Part shown: in pieces, positions 51,230 to 64,000 of the stretch
How positions within the stretch are numbered: the first letter of the stretch is position 1
Layout: every line of letters begins with the position of its first letter
NCBI RefSeq assembly: GCF_039654945.1
Contig: NW_027361679.1
Location: 57,412,001-57,476,000, forward strand
Source of the DNA: Dendrobates tinctorius
Lineage: Eukaryota
Direction of reading: 5' to 3'
DNA: 64,000 nucleotides
Notes under the pieces: model-generated
What the model saw: the letters and a program-made list of their open reading frames with translations, nothing else
Told to the model about the DNA's origin: nothing
The model's database searches: none
Translations under genes and position numbers: made by a program

Positions 51230-52985
51230 GCATGGTAATTTCTATGGTATCATCGAAAATGGAGGCTGAGCTTTAAGAAGTCCAGTTGTTGACTTGTTCC
51301 ACTGCTCCTGGATTTTAACTATTTGTGCCCATGTATCTAAGACTACAGCTAATGTAGGTGTTTCATGACTCCATCTTGAGCAGTCATCCTGGGTTACTGC
51401 TATGCAAAAAGCTATATGCAGACTCTTTTCGTGTCCACCCATGCGTAACGATATTAAAGGGTTTTTATCTGCTTGTGATGTTTACGCATGCTGTAAAGTT
51501 TGTCATATCCAAACAGCCATGAAATTGGCTCCATTGCCTATTCCATAAAGGCCGTGGACTCATTTATCCATGGATTTCATTACTGATTTGACTTTGTCTA
51601 GTTGGAAAACTGTTATTTGGGTAATAGTTGACCTATTCAGTAAACAAGCTCAAATTGTTCCGCTATTAGGGTTACCTAATGTGGAGACGCTTTCCAGGTT
51701 ATCAATCATGTGGTAAGATTGCATGGCATTCCTTTGAACATTGTATCTGACTGAGGGTGAAGTTTGTCTCCAAATTCTGGAGAAAATTTTGTAAGAAATT
51801 GGGAATTGACTTTTGTATTTCTCTGCTTATCACTCTGAATCCAATGGTAAAGCAGAGATGACAAATCAGTCATTGGAACATATTCTAAAGTGTTTTGTTG
51901 TGCTCTACAGGAGGGCTGGTCCTCATTCTTATCTCTTACTGAGTTTGCATTTAAAAGTCAGGTTAACCAGTCTACTGGAACATCGCCTTTTTTTGTAATT
52001 ATGGCTTTCATCCTTATTTTAGTGAATTCTTGAGGATGAGTTCTGGTTGTCCTGGAGTAAAGGTTACCATACAGAAACTTAAAGACATTTGGAGGGAGGA
52101 TCAGAAGAATATTGGGGTGGCTCATCGTCTCCAGAAACAGAAGACCAATAGGAAACATTTGGGGGGTCCAATATTCAATTTTGGTAATAAGGTCTGGGTA
52201 TTTTCCAAAAATATTAAATTGAAAATGACATCAGCAAAGATATGGGTCCTATGTTTACTGGTTTGTATGAGATTTTAGAGTTAGTTAACTCGGAGGCTTT
52301 CAGATTAAAACTCCCTCTATCTTTTTGCATTCCAACTGTATTCCATAAATCACTGCTAAAAGAATTTGTCCCTTCAGTTTTGTTTCATTCATCTCCAACT
52401 CCACCAGTTTCTGTCAACGACAGTTTGAGTTTGAAGGGAAAAAGATTTTTGATTATTGGAAAGTTCGTAATTCCCTCCAGTACCTTATTCATTGGAGAGG
52501 TTAATAACCACAGGAGAGATCCTGGGTCCCAGTTAGAGCTGTAAATGCCGATCGTCTAGACAGGGCCTTCTATAGCAGGTTTCCCAAGAGGCCTGGAAGT
52601 CCAATGCCCCTCACCCGCCATAGAGGCGGTGGTACTTTCACAATTCTTCCGCTCAGTGAGTGCCATTTTTGCTTCCCTATGGAATCTGGGTCATGCCACA
52701 TTGAAGCGTGACCATACAATCTTGAGATGGGCATGCTTAGCTGTCGGTTCTTTGACATCTCGGCCATCCAATTTGTGACTGGGAGGTGATAGGCTTTTCT
52801 CCAGGTGTTCTATGTCTTGTTCTTTTGCTTTGAACCGCTATATCCTAGTATTTTGACTTAGAACCGTGACTTGACTTACGCCTTTGTCTTTCCCCTTTGT
52901 TTTCTACGTGTTCTCTTGCTATTAACCCAGGAAACATCTGACTTCTCTGTCTCACAGTCTGCTTTGAGTAGTGACTAGCGTCACA
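51230..52985 (+). mobile_element. Chromodomain-type Gypsy retrotransposon 3' part (IN, GPY/F, chromodomain, PPT, 3' LTR)
   Basis: PWTHLSMDFITDL; SAYHSESNGKAEMTNQSLE; AFRLKLP...VFHKSLLK; QYLIHWRG...RSWVP; purine tract ~52621-52632; LTR ending GTCACA at 52985. Confidence 0.82.
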
Positions 52986-53118
52986 TTTAGGTGCCTAATA
53001 AATTGATTGGTAACATCTCATGTGTCTGATTCACCAAGAATAATATCATAAAAGGTCCTCTCTAAAGGGTATACTGATAATATCTTGGAGCCATATTCCT
53101 CTGAAAGCTTTATGATGT

Positions 53119-54228
53119 TGTCATGATCACGTGTGTCAGGACGCAGATGATGTCGCAAGGCGAACCCATAACACACGTGACCCTGGATACACCGCCTCCA
53201 GTGGGGCGAATTTAAATAATAAAGCGTGCAGGTGGATACGCCGCCTCCACCTGGCGGATTTAGGTATTACACGCTATGCAAACATATCTGGAAACACCGC
53301 CTCCAGTAAGGCGCATTTAAATAATAAGGGGGGAACCTGGGCAACTATAACAATGGTGGGCCCTGCGGTAGGGAATGGGAAATTGGAGACCTCCTGAGCT
53401 CCCCTGAGCCAGTGTCCCTGCACTCCTGACACTCCCTATGCCGGTTTCGCACCGGGCGCCGCACGCATACCTCAACGCCCTAGCTCGCCCTGAACCTAAA
53501 CCCTCACTAGGGAATAGGTCGGTGCGGAAACTAATCCCACCACTGCACTAATAAGACACATGAGGAAAGAGACAATACAGGGGAAACACCACTTAGCTTT
53601 GCTCTGTTGCGTGCGCTCCTAGCAACAGAGCCCACCACCTGTGTGCATCTTCTCCTCCACCCTGATCCATCACATAACTGGATCCGTCACCATCGTGCAG
53701 CCTGGGAGCAGAGTCCATCACCACTTGCAGCAGTCCAGTACACAGAGTCCCAAGATGAGTCCAGCCTCTGCCAAGACTCCAAGCATGCTCGAGTCCAGTT
53801 CTCAGCAACCAAGTAGAGCATGCTGAGTGCAACTCTCTTCCAAGTCGCCACTCCTCCAAGCCATGCCCGCACTTCCCGCCGACACCACAAACTGCGACTC
53901 CACCAAGCCATGCCAGTCCTTCCTGCAGACACCATTAGCTGGCACTCATCCTCTCTGGCTGACTGCGCAGGACTCCTATCCCGCTCCATCCTTCCACCAG
54001 GCTCTCCAACAACTCAGAAGGAAATATCACCAGCGGTGAGTGAACCCCCTAAGCACACCTTTATAGGGAGTCACACCTGATCCCTAATTAAGTGAACATT
54101 AACCTAAACCTATGGTGCGATACCGCTAACCACCACCGGGGACAGTCAAAACACCTTTGAACTCAACCAAAGTAAAAAAGTTCACTTTGTGCTTTTAATA
54201 CCGCCAGATCCAACACTGGATCATGACA
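53119..54228. mobile_element. Solo LTR (1110 bp)
   Basis: Perfect 10-bp inverted ends TGTCATGATC/GATCATGACA; 5-bp TSD GATGT. Confidence 0.88.
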
Positions 54229-54275
54229 GATGTCTTGTGAGGTTCATGACTTTATTGGTCAAAGACAGAAATTAA

Positions 54276-55166
54276 TAGATCAGTCAAAATTTGAATTTAC
54301 CTGTTGGCACAGATTTTATTAGGAAGTTTGATTCACAGAAAGGTTTTTCTGCACAAATTTAATGTCCCTTATTATACTATAGGGTCTTTCAGACCACAAA
54401 TAATAAAAAAATAGTTAAATACAATTTTAAAAATACATATACTCACCTCACAACTCACCTCTCCTGATGCTTCCGATGCTCTCTGCCCAGTTTTCCACAC
54501 ATCCATTATGTCGCATCTCTGGCCCAGTGTTCATTCTAAGCTGGGAATTCCAGTTGCAAATAGTCCCTAGTTTTCAATTTTGCATGTCAAGTGGCTTCAC
54601 TCTAAGCCAGTACTTCAGGCTGGAAGTAGGTCCCTGTTAACTCTGGGGCCTGCTCTTGGCTTGAAGCCCCAGTCTTAGGTGAACACAGGGATTGAGATTC
54701 TATGCAATAGAGACATGGAGGACCAAACAAAGGGAGCAGCGAGGGCAGTCGTAAATGTAAGTGGCCGGCAAAAAATTAAAAATAAAAAAAACATCACTAC
54801 TAACCTCTTTAGCTGTCCACTCTGCTCCTTCCCTGCTATCCAGTTCTCGATGCTTCTCTTGCTTCGCATCTCCTGCTCAGCGTTCAGTCTAGTAGGAAAC
54901 GGAGCCTGAGCAGTGAACTCCAAGGCCTGTTTGTGATCAAAAGTCTTGGCATAGAGTGAATACTGGACTGGAGATATGACACAAAAGAGGTGCAGAGAAT
55001 GATACATCTGGCAGGGAGAAGCGGGGTTGGCTAGGATGGAGAAAATGTGTTTTTTGCTGAATTATTGCAAAGAGAACGACAAAAAAATCCAAGTACTCCA
55101 GAATGCAGATCTTTGTCAAATTCGAGAAGAATTCAATTCCAATTAAATTAATTTGCCTATCGCTAT
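54276..55166. mobile_element. Old hAT-like MITE related to the 1168-8184 element
   Basis: Shared CAGACCACAAA...ATACTCACCT segment; degenerate TAG...CTA ends. Confidence 0.4.
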
Positions 55167-56543
55167 TTGGAGGTGATATGGCACAAGGGGACATAAAGTA
55201 CATAATTTTAGGCAGGTCATTTATTGCAAGGGCTAATTTGTGTGTAAAGTATATACCCTTTCGGAGATATTTGAACAATATCGGGGGGGAAAGTGTTGTA
55301 ATAGTTCAGATTTATTTTTTTATTTATTTTTTCTGCTCTTCCATCCCATACAGTTATTGGCTGAAAAATAAATCAAATATGTTTCACAATACTTCCACTC
55401 AGGGAATGCAGAAATGAAATTTAAATGGATAAAGCTTGGAAAGTTTAATAGTCGAGCAAAATAAGATGCATTTAATTGCAGATTTTATTAGTTGTGATAG
55501 AATGCATGCAGAAAATGCAAATTTAATATTTACCATTTTATTTTCCAGCATTTGTGATTTCAGTCTTCTTGCATCAGACTCGGCAAAATTATTTAATTCC
55601 TATAAACCATAAACAATTGTACAGGTTTATTTTCCCATCTATCTCATCCCTTCGGATTTAGTATGCTGTATTATATTGTACATATGTAAATGGTCAGGGC
55701 TCTGCACATTAATAAATGTAAGTCTATGTAATATTAATCCATAAGCCCATGTTTCAGTAGCTGGAGCCTTGATGTCAAGAACAAAATCTTGGAATGAGTC
55801 ACATTGCTACACTAAAAATATGCTTTTTTATGTCTATTTGTTTTTATAATGCTATGATTTAGCTGTAGATGATACGGATCTACATATTTTCAAAACTTGT
55901 CAGGTTCAGTTATGAACTTAGAAATTTCTTAATGATTTTGACCTACTGAATTCAAATCTGACAATGAAAATTTTTAGTTGACTCTAGTTTCTATGATATC
56001 AAAGAGATTTCCTTTACAGCTACATATAATTAATGTAAAAAACGTTTAGTACTTTGAAACATTTTTATTTTTGCAAATATAAAGAAGCAGAATATTTTGC
56101 TATTCAATTTTCTGATATTTATTTAGAGGAAACTTCGCAACAATTCAAATAATTAAAAGTTTAAACACTATTGTGAATTATAGACAGCTGCAGAAATTGC
56201 ACTACAAAATTTGGTTCTCATTCAGTGATAGCTCTTTTTTGCTTGTCTTTTCTACTGCTGCATTGGACCATCTCTTACGCTTGTCCAACAGTAATCTGCA
56301 AGCACTGATGGATTTCATTTTCCTTAAATTTATATAGTTTCTCCATAGCCTCATTTGGTGAAATCTTTCACTGTGCTTGTTGCTCATAGCTCTGAAGTTT
56401 GATGGGAAAATGTCTAGCTACAAATGTAAGAAATTAATATTTAAGGGAATGTTACAGTAAAGATCCTTATATGTTTTTAGGAGATTTTCCACCAATTCTT
56501 CATAGGTATCTGCCTTTGAGTTTCCCCAAAAATTGGTTACCAC

Positions 56544-56834
56544 TAGAGTTGGGCGAACTCGAACAGTAAAGTCCAAGCAAACAGATTCAGAGAACAGAAG
56601 TAGAGATGGCTCCTGTCCAGGGCTCTCTGACTGCCTGGGTAATTTGGCAGGTGGTGAAGAGACAGATGGGTGATCTTCAGTGCTCTGGACCAGAGAGGAT
56701 GTGTGGAAGTAATTGAAGTCGAGGCATTAGCTGCCATCCATCCGACAACGGCTTCAATTTGTTCGTCCCACAGCAGTGGGGTACGGCGAGCTCCTACAAA
56801 GCTGTGCATAAAGGACTGTTCCCTAGGAAAACTC
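56544..56834. mobile_element. hAT-type terminus fused to a ~260-bp copy of transposase sequence from 62582-62842
   Basis: TAGAGTTGGGCGAAC start; 56572-56834 differs from 62582-62842 at about 5 positions. Confidence 0.75.
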
Positions 56835-57209
56835 ACTTGCCCTTGGAGGATGATTCCCAGGTGCCTGGGCTGTAAGCGACCCAGCTTCAGGTAGTGCTGG
56901 AGCCCATGACATGTAGAAATGGGCATGTGATAATAAACATGACTCCTCATATTCATAAAGAGACTTGGCACTCGTATTCATGTATTCAATGAAAATTGTG
57001 TTTTTATTTTAGGAAATTTCAGACAAAATAAAGAAACATTTCAGTCAAAACTAGACCTCCATCGGTCATCTGGAAGTGGCAGAATCATATGTGGCAGCGT
57101 CAGGTAACAGTCGGCGGCATCCACCTCTCAGAATGAGAGAGCTGCCAGTCTGAGCGGAGGATACTGCAAATTCTCATTTCATGATGCTGCCTAATACAAT
57201 TTTAACACA

Positions 57210-57919
57210 AGACTAGAAGCCTCTTACCTGGGCCAAGGAGAGAAAGAACTGGACTGTTGCTCAGTGGTCCAAGGTGTTGTTTTCAAATAAAAGTAAATTT
57301 TTGCATGTCATTTGGAAAGCAAGGTCCCAGAGTCTGGAGGAAGAGTGGAGAGGCACACAATCCAAGCTGTCTGAGGTCTAGTTTGAAGTTTCCACAATCA
57401 GTGATGGATTGGGGAACCATGTCATCTGCTGGTGTAGGTCCACTGTGTTTTACCAAGACCAAAGTCAGCGCAGCCATCTACCAAAAAATTTTAGAGCACT
57501 TCTTTCTTCACTCTGCCAACAAGCTTCTTGGAGTGGAAATTTCATTCTCCTGCAGGACTTGACACCTGTCCACACTGCCAAAAGTATCAATACATGGTTT
57601 AAAAACAACAGTATCACTGTGCATGATTTGCCAGCAAACTCTCCTTACCTTAACCTCATAGAGAATCTACAGGGTATTGTCAAGAGGAAGATGAGAGACA
57701 CCAGACCCAATAATACAGATGATGGTTGCTATCAAAGCAACCTGGGCTTCCATAAAATCTCTGCAGTGCCACAATCTGATTGCCTCTATGCCACGCTGCA
57801 TTGATGCAGCAATTGATGCAAAAGGAGCCCTGACCAAGTATTGAGTGCATTTTCTGAATATACATTTGAGTAGGCCAATATTTCGGATTTTAAAATCATT
57901 TTCAAGCTGGTGTTATAAC
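57210..57919 (+). mobile_element. Tc1-like DD34E transposon fragment, cut by the hAT insertion
   Basis: WTVAQWSKVLFS...KFPQSVMDWG; QDLTPVH with 34 residues to NLIE. Confidence 0.8.
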
Positions 57920-60900
57920 TAGTGTTGAGCGATACCTTCCGATATCGGGAAATATCGGATCGGATTGGATCGTACTGATACCCCAAAAATATCGGATATC
58001 GCCGATTCCGATACCGGAAACCAATGCAAGTTAATGGGACACAAATATCGGAATGAAAATAAACCCTTACTTTTCTTGTAGATTAATTCTACATGAAGGG
58101 AAACAACTAAGAATAATGTAGAATGTATTGGGGGAGGTGGAGGAGACATTAAAGGCATAGAGGTTTAGCCCAATCAAATGGAATAGCAGGAATTAATTTT
58201 TATTTTTAGACGATATTGACTATGTTAAGCTTTTTTATATTTTGTCAGATATTTATGTTTCACTATTTCCATGCTCTTCATCTTCTTTTTTACTTCTCCC
58301 ACACTTTCTCCTTCATCATCCTCTTCAGGGTCATCTTCTTGGTCTTCTTCGGGGTGGTCTTCAGGGTCGTCGTCTCCAGGGTCGTCGTTTTCGGGGTGGT
58401 CGTCTTCTTCGGGGTGGTTTTCAGGGTCGTCGTCTCCAGGGTCGTCGTTTTCGGGGTCGTCCTCTTCTTTGGGGTGGTCTTCAGGGTCGTTGTCTCCAGG
58501 GTGCTCATTTTCGGGGTCGTCGTCTTCTTCGGGATGGTCTTCAGGGTCGTCTTCTTTAGGGTCGTCGTCAGGGAGATCAAGAGTAATTACCAAAAACCGT
58601 TTCAAAAAGCTTGAACTTGGAAATGTAGCAGAAGGTACAAGAAGGCTGAGGAACTGCTGAGAACCAGCTGACGGTACTGGAACCCGGATGGGTAGCCGAA
58701 GGTACAAGAGCCAATGGAACTACCGAGGACCAGCTGATGGTACTGGAACCCGGTTACTAAGCAGGAGGTACCTGTGCCAGAAAGCACTACCAAGGACCAG
58801 CAGACGTTGGTGGAACTCGGATACCAAGAAGGAGGCACCTAGGCCAAAGGCTCTGCCTGGAACAAGCTGACGTTACTGGAACCCAGGGGGACATATTCAA
58901 GCCTGACTTCCAAAGAACCAGCTAATGGTACTGAAACTCAGATAGGCAGCAGAAGGTACACATGAAAAAAAAAACCCACAGTCCTACAGGGGGAGCTTGT
59001 CCTATTGGCACTACGGAACCAGCCTTCATTGCCAGATCCCGCAGCCCACATAGGAAGCACCTAAACTGCAGGCACCATAGAGTCGGCTAACCCGACCGCA
59101 ACACGACAGGACAACGTATTGGAGGCAAAGTGATGTTGACACTACCTGGAAACAGCTGCTGTGCTGGAACCAGGCTGGGCAGGAGGGAGTACCCGTGCCA
59201 AAGACACTTCTGAGCAGCAACTGGCGGTGTTGGAGCCCAGGGATTACAGTAGAAACAGAGTGTAGCCAGAGGCGTAATTGGAGCAAGTTTAAAATCTGTA
59301 GTTGTGTGAATGTGGACAGGGCAGGAGAAATTTCCAGACACACAGCAGGGGATCAGCTGACGTTACTGAACCCCAATAACACAGGAGCATGTGTTGACTG
59401 TGCAGACGACACTTCTGAGCAGCATCTGGCGGTGTTGGAGCCCAGGGATTACAGGAGAAACAGAGTGTAGCCAGAGGCCTAATTGGAGCAAGTTTAATAT
59501 CTGTAGCAGTGTGAGTGTGGTCGGAGCAGGAGAAATTGCCGGACACACAGCAGGGGATCAGCTGATGTTACTGAACCCCAATAACACAGGAGCAAGTGTT
59601 GACTGTACAGACGGCACTTCAGAGCAGCAACTGGCGGTGTTGGAGCCCAGGGTAAATACTAGAAACAGAGTGGAGGCAGAGGCGCAATTGGAGCAAGTTT
59701 AAAATCTGTAGTAGTGTGAATGTGGACAGAGCAAGAGAAATTCCCAACACACAGCAGGGGATCAGTTGACGTTACTGAACCCCAATAACACAGGAGCATG
59801 TGTTGACTGTGCAGACGGCACTTCTGAGCAGCAACTGGCGGTGTTGGAGCCCAGGGATTACAGTTCAGGTGGTAGAAACATGAACACAACAGGAGACCTG
59901 AATACTGTTCCCAACCAATTATTTAATCTGGAAGAAGACTGGCAAATTCCTGCGAGATCCAGGCCTTGTTCATTTTCAGAAAAGTAAGCCGGTCAACGTT
60001 ATCGGAGGATAGTCGCATGCGACGGTCTGTTAGTACACCACCTGCGGCACTAAAGACGCGTTCCGATAATACACTAGCAGCAGGGCAAGCCAGCACCTCC
60101 AATGCATACTGGCTAAGCTCTGGCCATGTATCCAGCTTAGAGACCCAAAACGTGAAGGGGGAAGAGTCGTGTGGGAGAACACTGAGAGGGCAAGACATGT
60201 AGTCTGTCACCATCTGACGGAAACGTTGCCTCCTGCTGACTGGAAACGTCTGTGATGGTGTAGACATTTGTGGCGGTGACACAAAACTTTGCCACATTTG
60301 GGCCATACTGGTCTTGCCTTGTGCTGAGGCGCTGCTTCTGCTCCCTCTTTGTGCAGAGCTTCCTCCACTGCCTCGACGCACTGAACTGCTTTGTAAAGCA
60401 CTAGCAGCACTGCTCGCGGGTGGAATGGAGAACATGATGGAACTCCCAGTTCGACGGTGTTATGAGGCTTTGTGAGTTGTCCCAGTAGCGAGGATCTAGG
60501 AGGGTGTACACCCAATAATCATCCGTGTTGAGAATGTGAGTGATGCGGCGATCGTTTCTCAGGCACTGCAGCATGAAACCAACCATGTGCTGCAGACTGC
60601 CAACTGGCCAAGAAACGCTGTCCCCTGCTTGAGGCGTCATCTCTGCCTGCTCTGCATCACCTCACACTCGCTCTACATACTGACTACTAGAGCACTGTGT
60701 ACCTCCCTCCTCTGGACAGATGTCTTCCTCCTCCATTGACTCCTCCTATGCTCATCACAAAGTGTCCCCTGCCTAGGCCTTTGTGGGGAACCACGTTGCG
60801 CAGACTGTCCAGAAGCAGATGGCATTTGTGACTCCTCATCCTCCACCTCTTCCACAACCTCCTCCCTTAGTGCTTGCAGTGTTTTTTCAAGCAGGCAGAT

Positions 60901-63900
60901 AAGGGGGATAGTCATGCTGACTAGTGCATCATCTGCACTCGCCATCCACGTAGAATCATCGAAGGCACGCAAAGCGTGGCAGATGTCCTTTATAGAGGCC
61001 CACTCAGTGGTGATGAAGTGTGAACGGCGCGCAGTGCGACTTGTTTGCTGGTACTCCGTTACTGCTGCCTGCTGCTCACACAACCTCACACAACCTCTCC
61101 AACATATGTAACGTTGAATTCCACCTGGTGGGTAGGTCACATATGATGCGATGTTCTAGAAGGCGGTATCGGTGCTGCAGAGCTGCAATGCGCGATCTCG
61201 CCATGCTGGAACGCCGCAAGTGAGCGCACTCTATGCGCACCTTGTGTAGCAGTGCATCAAGATCCTCAAAAAACTCTGCACGACAAAGTTGAGCACATAT
61301 GCCAAAACATGGGATGTGAGTGAGGTTGCCTAGGCCCAGAGCTGCCACCAGATTTCGGCCATTGTCACACACTACCATGCCTGGCTGGAGATTCGCTGGC
61401 ACAAACCACACGTCGCTCTCCTGCTTGATGGCATTCCAGAGCTCCTGCGCTGAGTGGCTTCCATTCCCCAAAGAAATTAATTTCAATACGGCCTGTTGAC
61501 ATTTGGCCATGGCTGTGCTCATATCGGTCATAACAGGTGGACCTTGCTACTGACGGCGTTTAGTAGCGCATGTTTAATTTTTCCCTCCACATGCTTTTGC
61601 AGGGCAGGGACAGCTTGCCTGCTGAAATAAAAATGGTTGGGCACGTTGTATTGTGGGACTGCCAATGCCATGAAGTTATGGAAGGTGTCAGTCTCCACCA
61701 GCCTGAATGAGAGCAGTAGTTTTGCAATGCCAGCATTCAGAGCCTGTGCTCAGGGGGTGGTTTGCCGAGTATGAGTGCCTTTTCTCCCATGCCTGTGCTA
61801 CCGATGGCTGTAGTCTGGCCTGGGAGTGTGAGGATGACAGGGAACATGGTGCTGTGGGTGGAATGACACTGTGTCTCTGTACAACAGTGCCAGAGGTTCT
61901 TCCATAGCGATCCTGTGAGGAAGCCAAACCAGCTGTGTGTGAGCTGGAGGAAGAGGCTACAACACGAGCTGAAGAGGTGGTAGGTGGCGCTGTAGGTTGG
62001 CCTAGGTCTTCAATGTGTCTTTGTAACTCCACCACGTGCTTGGTCCGCACATGTTTCCACATATTTGTGGTATTGAGGTTGCTGACACTTTTCCCTCTTT
62101 TCACTTTCTGATTACACAGCTTGCATTTGACAAAGCAAATGTCATCTGCAACTGTGTCAAAAAAGGACCAGGCACTGTAAGTCTTGGGAGCGCCCGTTTC
62201 GGGTTTGGGAAGAGGCATGCTCCTAATGGGTGCCGAAGTGGAGGCTACAGGCAACCGAGTCTGCCCCCTCCCTCTCCCTCCTTTTTTGGCTGTTCGGGGA
62301 ATCTCTTCCTCAGAGCTGCTCCCACCACCTTCCATGATGGGTCAAGGACCTCATCATCTATACTACCCTCTTCAAATGACTGCTTCTCCTGGGTAGTCTT
62401 GACAGCACAGTACGCACCAGAAAGTGGCACCTGAGTCTCATCATCAGATGTGTACTGAGGTGTGCTGACCATAGGCACCGGCCCACCCGCCTCTTCAGAT
62501 TTAGAGAGACAAAGCTGTTGAGCATCACTGCATAATACCTCTTCTTCAAATTCTCGAATGCTGCTTGGCTGGCCCCCTCTTTCCAAGCGAACAGATTCAG
62601 AGAACAGAAGTAGAGTTGGCTCCTGTCCAGGGCTCTCTGACTGCCTGGGTAATTTGGCAGGTGGTGAAGAGACAGATGGGTGATCTTCAGTGCTCTGGAC
62701 CAGAGAGGATGTGGAAGTAATTGAAGTCGAGGCATTAGCTGCCATCCATCCGACAACGGCTTCAATTTGTTCGTCCCGCAGCAGTGGGGTACGGCGAGCT
62801 CCTACAAAGCTGTGCAGAAAGGACTGTTCCCTAGGAAAACTCGGGGATGCTGAGTCACTGGTGCCCGCAGCAGGCACAGAATCCCCACGTCCTCTCCCTG
62901 CAGAAACTCCATGACCACATGCCTTACTCCCTGCCTTCTTCATCTTGGTAGACAGATAAAGATAGGCAGAAAAGTACTAAGGGCTTAGTGTGCTTATTCC
63001 TGAACAGCTGCTAACAGGTATAAGAAACACTACTTTTATAAAGTGTGGACTAGACTTTAATATGAGCTAATGTGGCCTACACAACTGTAAAGTGGAGTGT
63101 TTGGTGAACTTTATTAACTTTTTTTTTTCACAAATAGACACTGGATGTGCCCAAAGATGTAAAACCAATAGTATCACAAACTTTTTGTAGCTATTACAAT
63201 GCAGGAAGGTAACCTACAATGCAATAGATGAGGCTCCAAAAAATAGGCTAATACTAATCTGGCTGGGGCTGCAGGGCACAAGCCAGCAGAAAGGCTCCTC
63301 TATCTACTCCTATATAGTGTTTGCAAATATTCTAGCTGGATACGGATGGAACCACACTAATAGGAGAAATCTGGAAAAATGAGCAGCTCTAATGCAAAAA
63401 AGGACAATGTATGAGGCAGTGACGCACGCTGAGCGGACTACAACCGGTGGTGGCTGCAGAACACACTACAGCGTGAGCTGCACTCACACACAGAGACCAC
63501 GCAGACATCCGTGAACAGAGCTGCAAGGCTGCAGAAAAGCTCCTCTATCTACTCCTATATAGTGTTTTCAAACAGTCTAGCTGGATATGGATGGAACCAC
63601 ACTAATAGGAGAAATCAGGAAAAATGAGCTGCACTGATGCAAAAAAGGACAATGTATGAGGCAGTGACGCACGCTGAGTGGACTACAACCGGAGGTGGCT
63701 GGCTGTGGAACACACTACAGCGTGAGCTGCACTCACACACAGAGACCTCGCAGACAGCTGTGAACAGTGCAGAGAACTGTGCACTAGCGCTGCATGGCTG
63801 CAGAAAGGCTCCTCTATCTTCTTCTATATTATTTTTGCAAGCAATCTAGCTGGATACGGATAGAACCACACTAATAGGAGAAATCAGGAAAAATGAGCAG

Positions 63901-64000
63901 CACTAATGCAAAAAAGGACAATGTATGAGGCAGTGATGCATGCTGAGTGGTCTACAACCGGAGGTGGCTGGCTGCAGAACACACTACAGCGTGAGCTGGA
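57920..64000 (-). mobile_element. Large hAT transposon (other end beyond window) with subterminal tandem repeats
   Basis: Terminus TAGTGTTGAGCGATACC after GTTATAAC; repeats at 58310-58570 (60 bp), 59200-59860 (~210 bp) and 63290-64000 (~250-290 bp). Confidence 0.85.
59923..62943 (-). pseudogene. hAT transposase with BED zinc finger, frameshifted and internally deleted
   Basis: SAWSFF...CKLC...MWKHVRTKH; VVCDNGRN; DLPTRWNSTLHML; FWVSKLDTWPELSQYALEVLACPAASVLSERVFSAAGG; deletion near 61535 removes the first catalytic D after KVH. Confidence 0.9.

Noticed and set aside
59923-62943. Domesticated ZBED gene (also 11385-13077)
   Set aside because: Frameshifts, stops, loss of a catalytic region and transposon termini

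Overview
Vertebrate genomic DNA, most likely an anuran (frog) judging from the repeat families present. It is almost entirely a nested mosaic of transposable elements, with one assembly gap (5097-5686). The standout is an apparently intact, two-gene PIF/Harbinger transposon (1333-7640; TTA target duplication, ~45-bp TIRs). It encodes a spliced 410-aa DDE transposase (- strand, 2 exons) and a convergent spliced 598-aa MADF/Myb-SANT protein with a BESS-like motif (+ strand, 5 coding exons), and it carries a non-autonomous Helitron inside an intron. Decayed elements include a Gmr1-type Gypsy LTR element with a SCAN domain and integrase placed before RT, a chromodomain Gypsy fragment, solo LTRs, several hAT copies and MITEs with 8-bp TSDs, DD37E and DD34E Tc1-like elements, Kolobok/T2 and Harbinger MITEs, piggyBac-like elements carrying telomere-like (CCCTAA)n arrays, two L2 LINEs, a V-SINE sharing the L2 tail, and a Penelope-like element followed by degenerate hammerhead-ribozyme motifs. 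No host gene can be named, but two small candidate + strand exons (31201-31231, 36950-36989) suggest the window may lie inside a very large gene. All calls were made by eye from motifs; no database searches were run.
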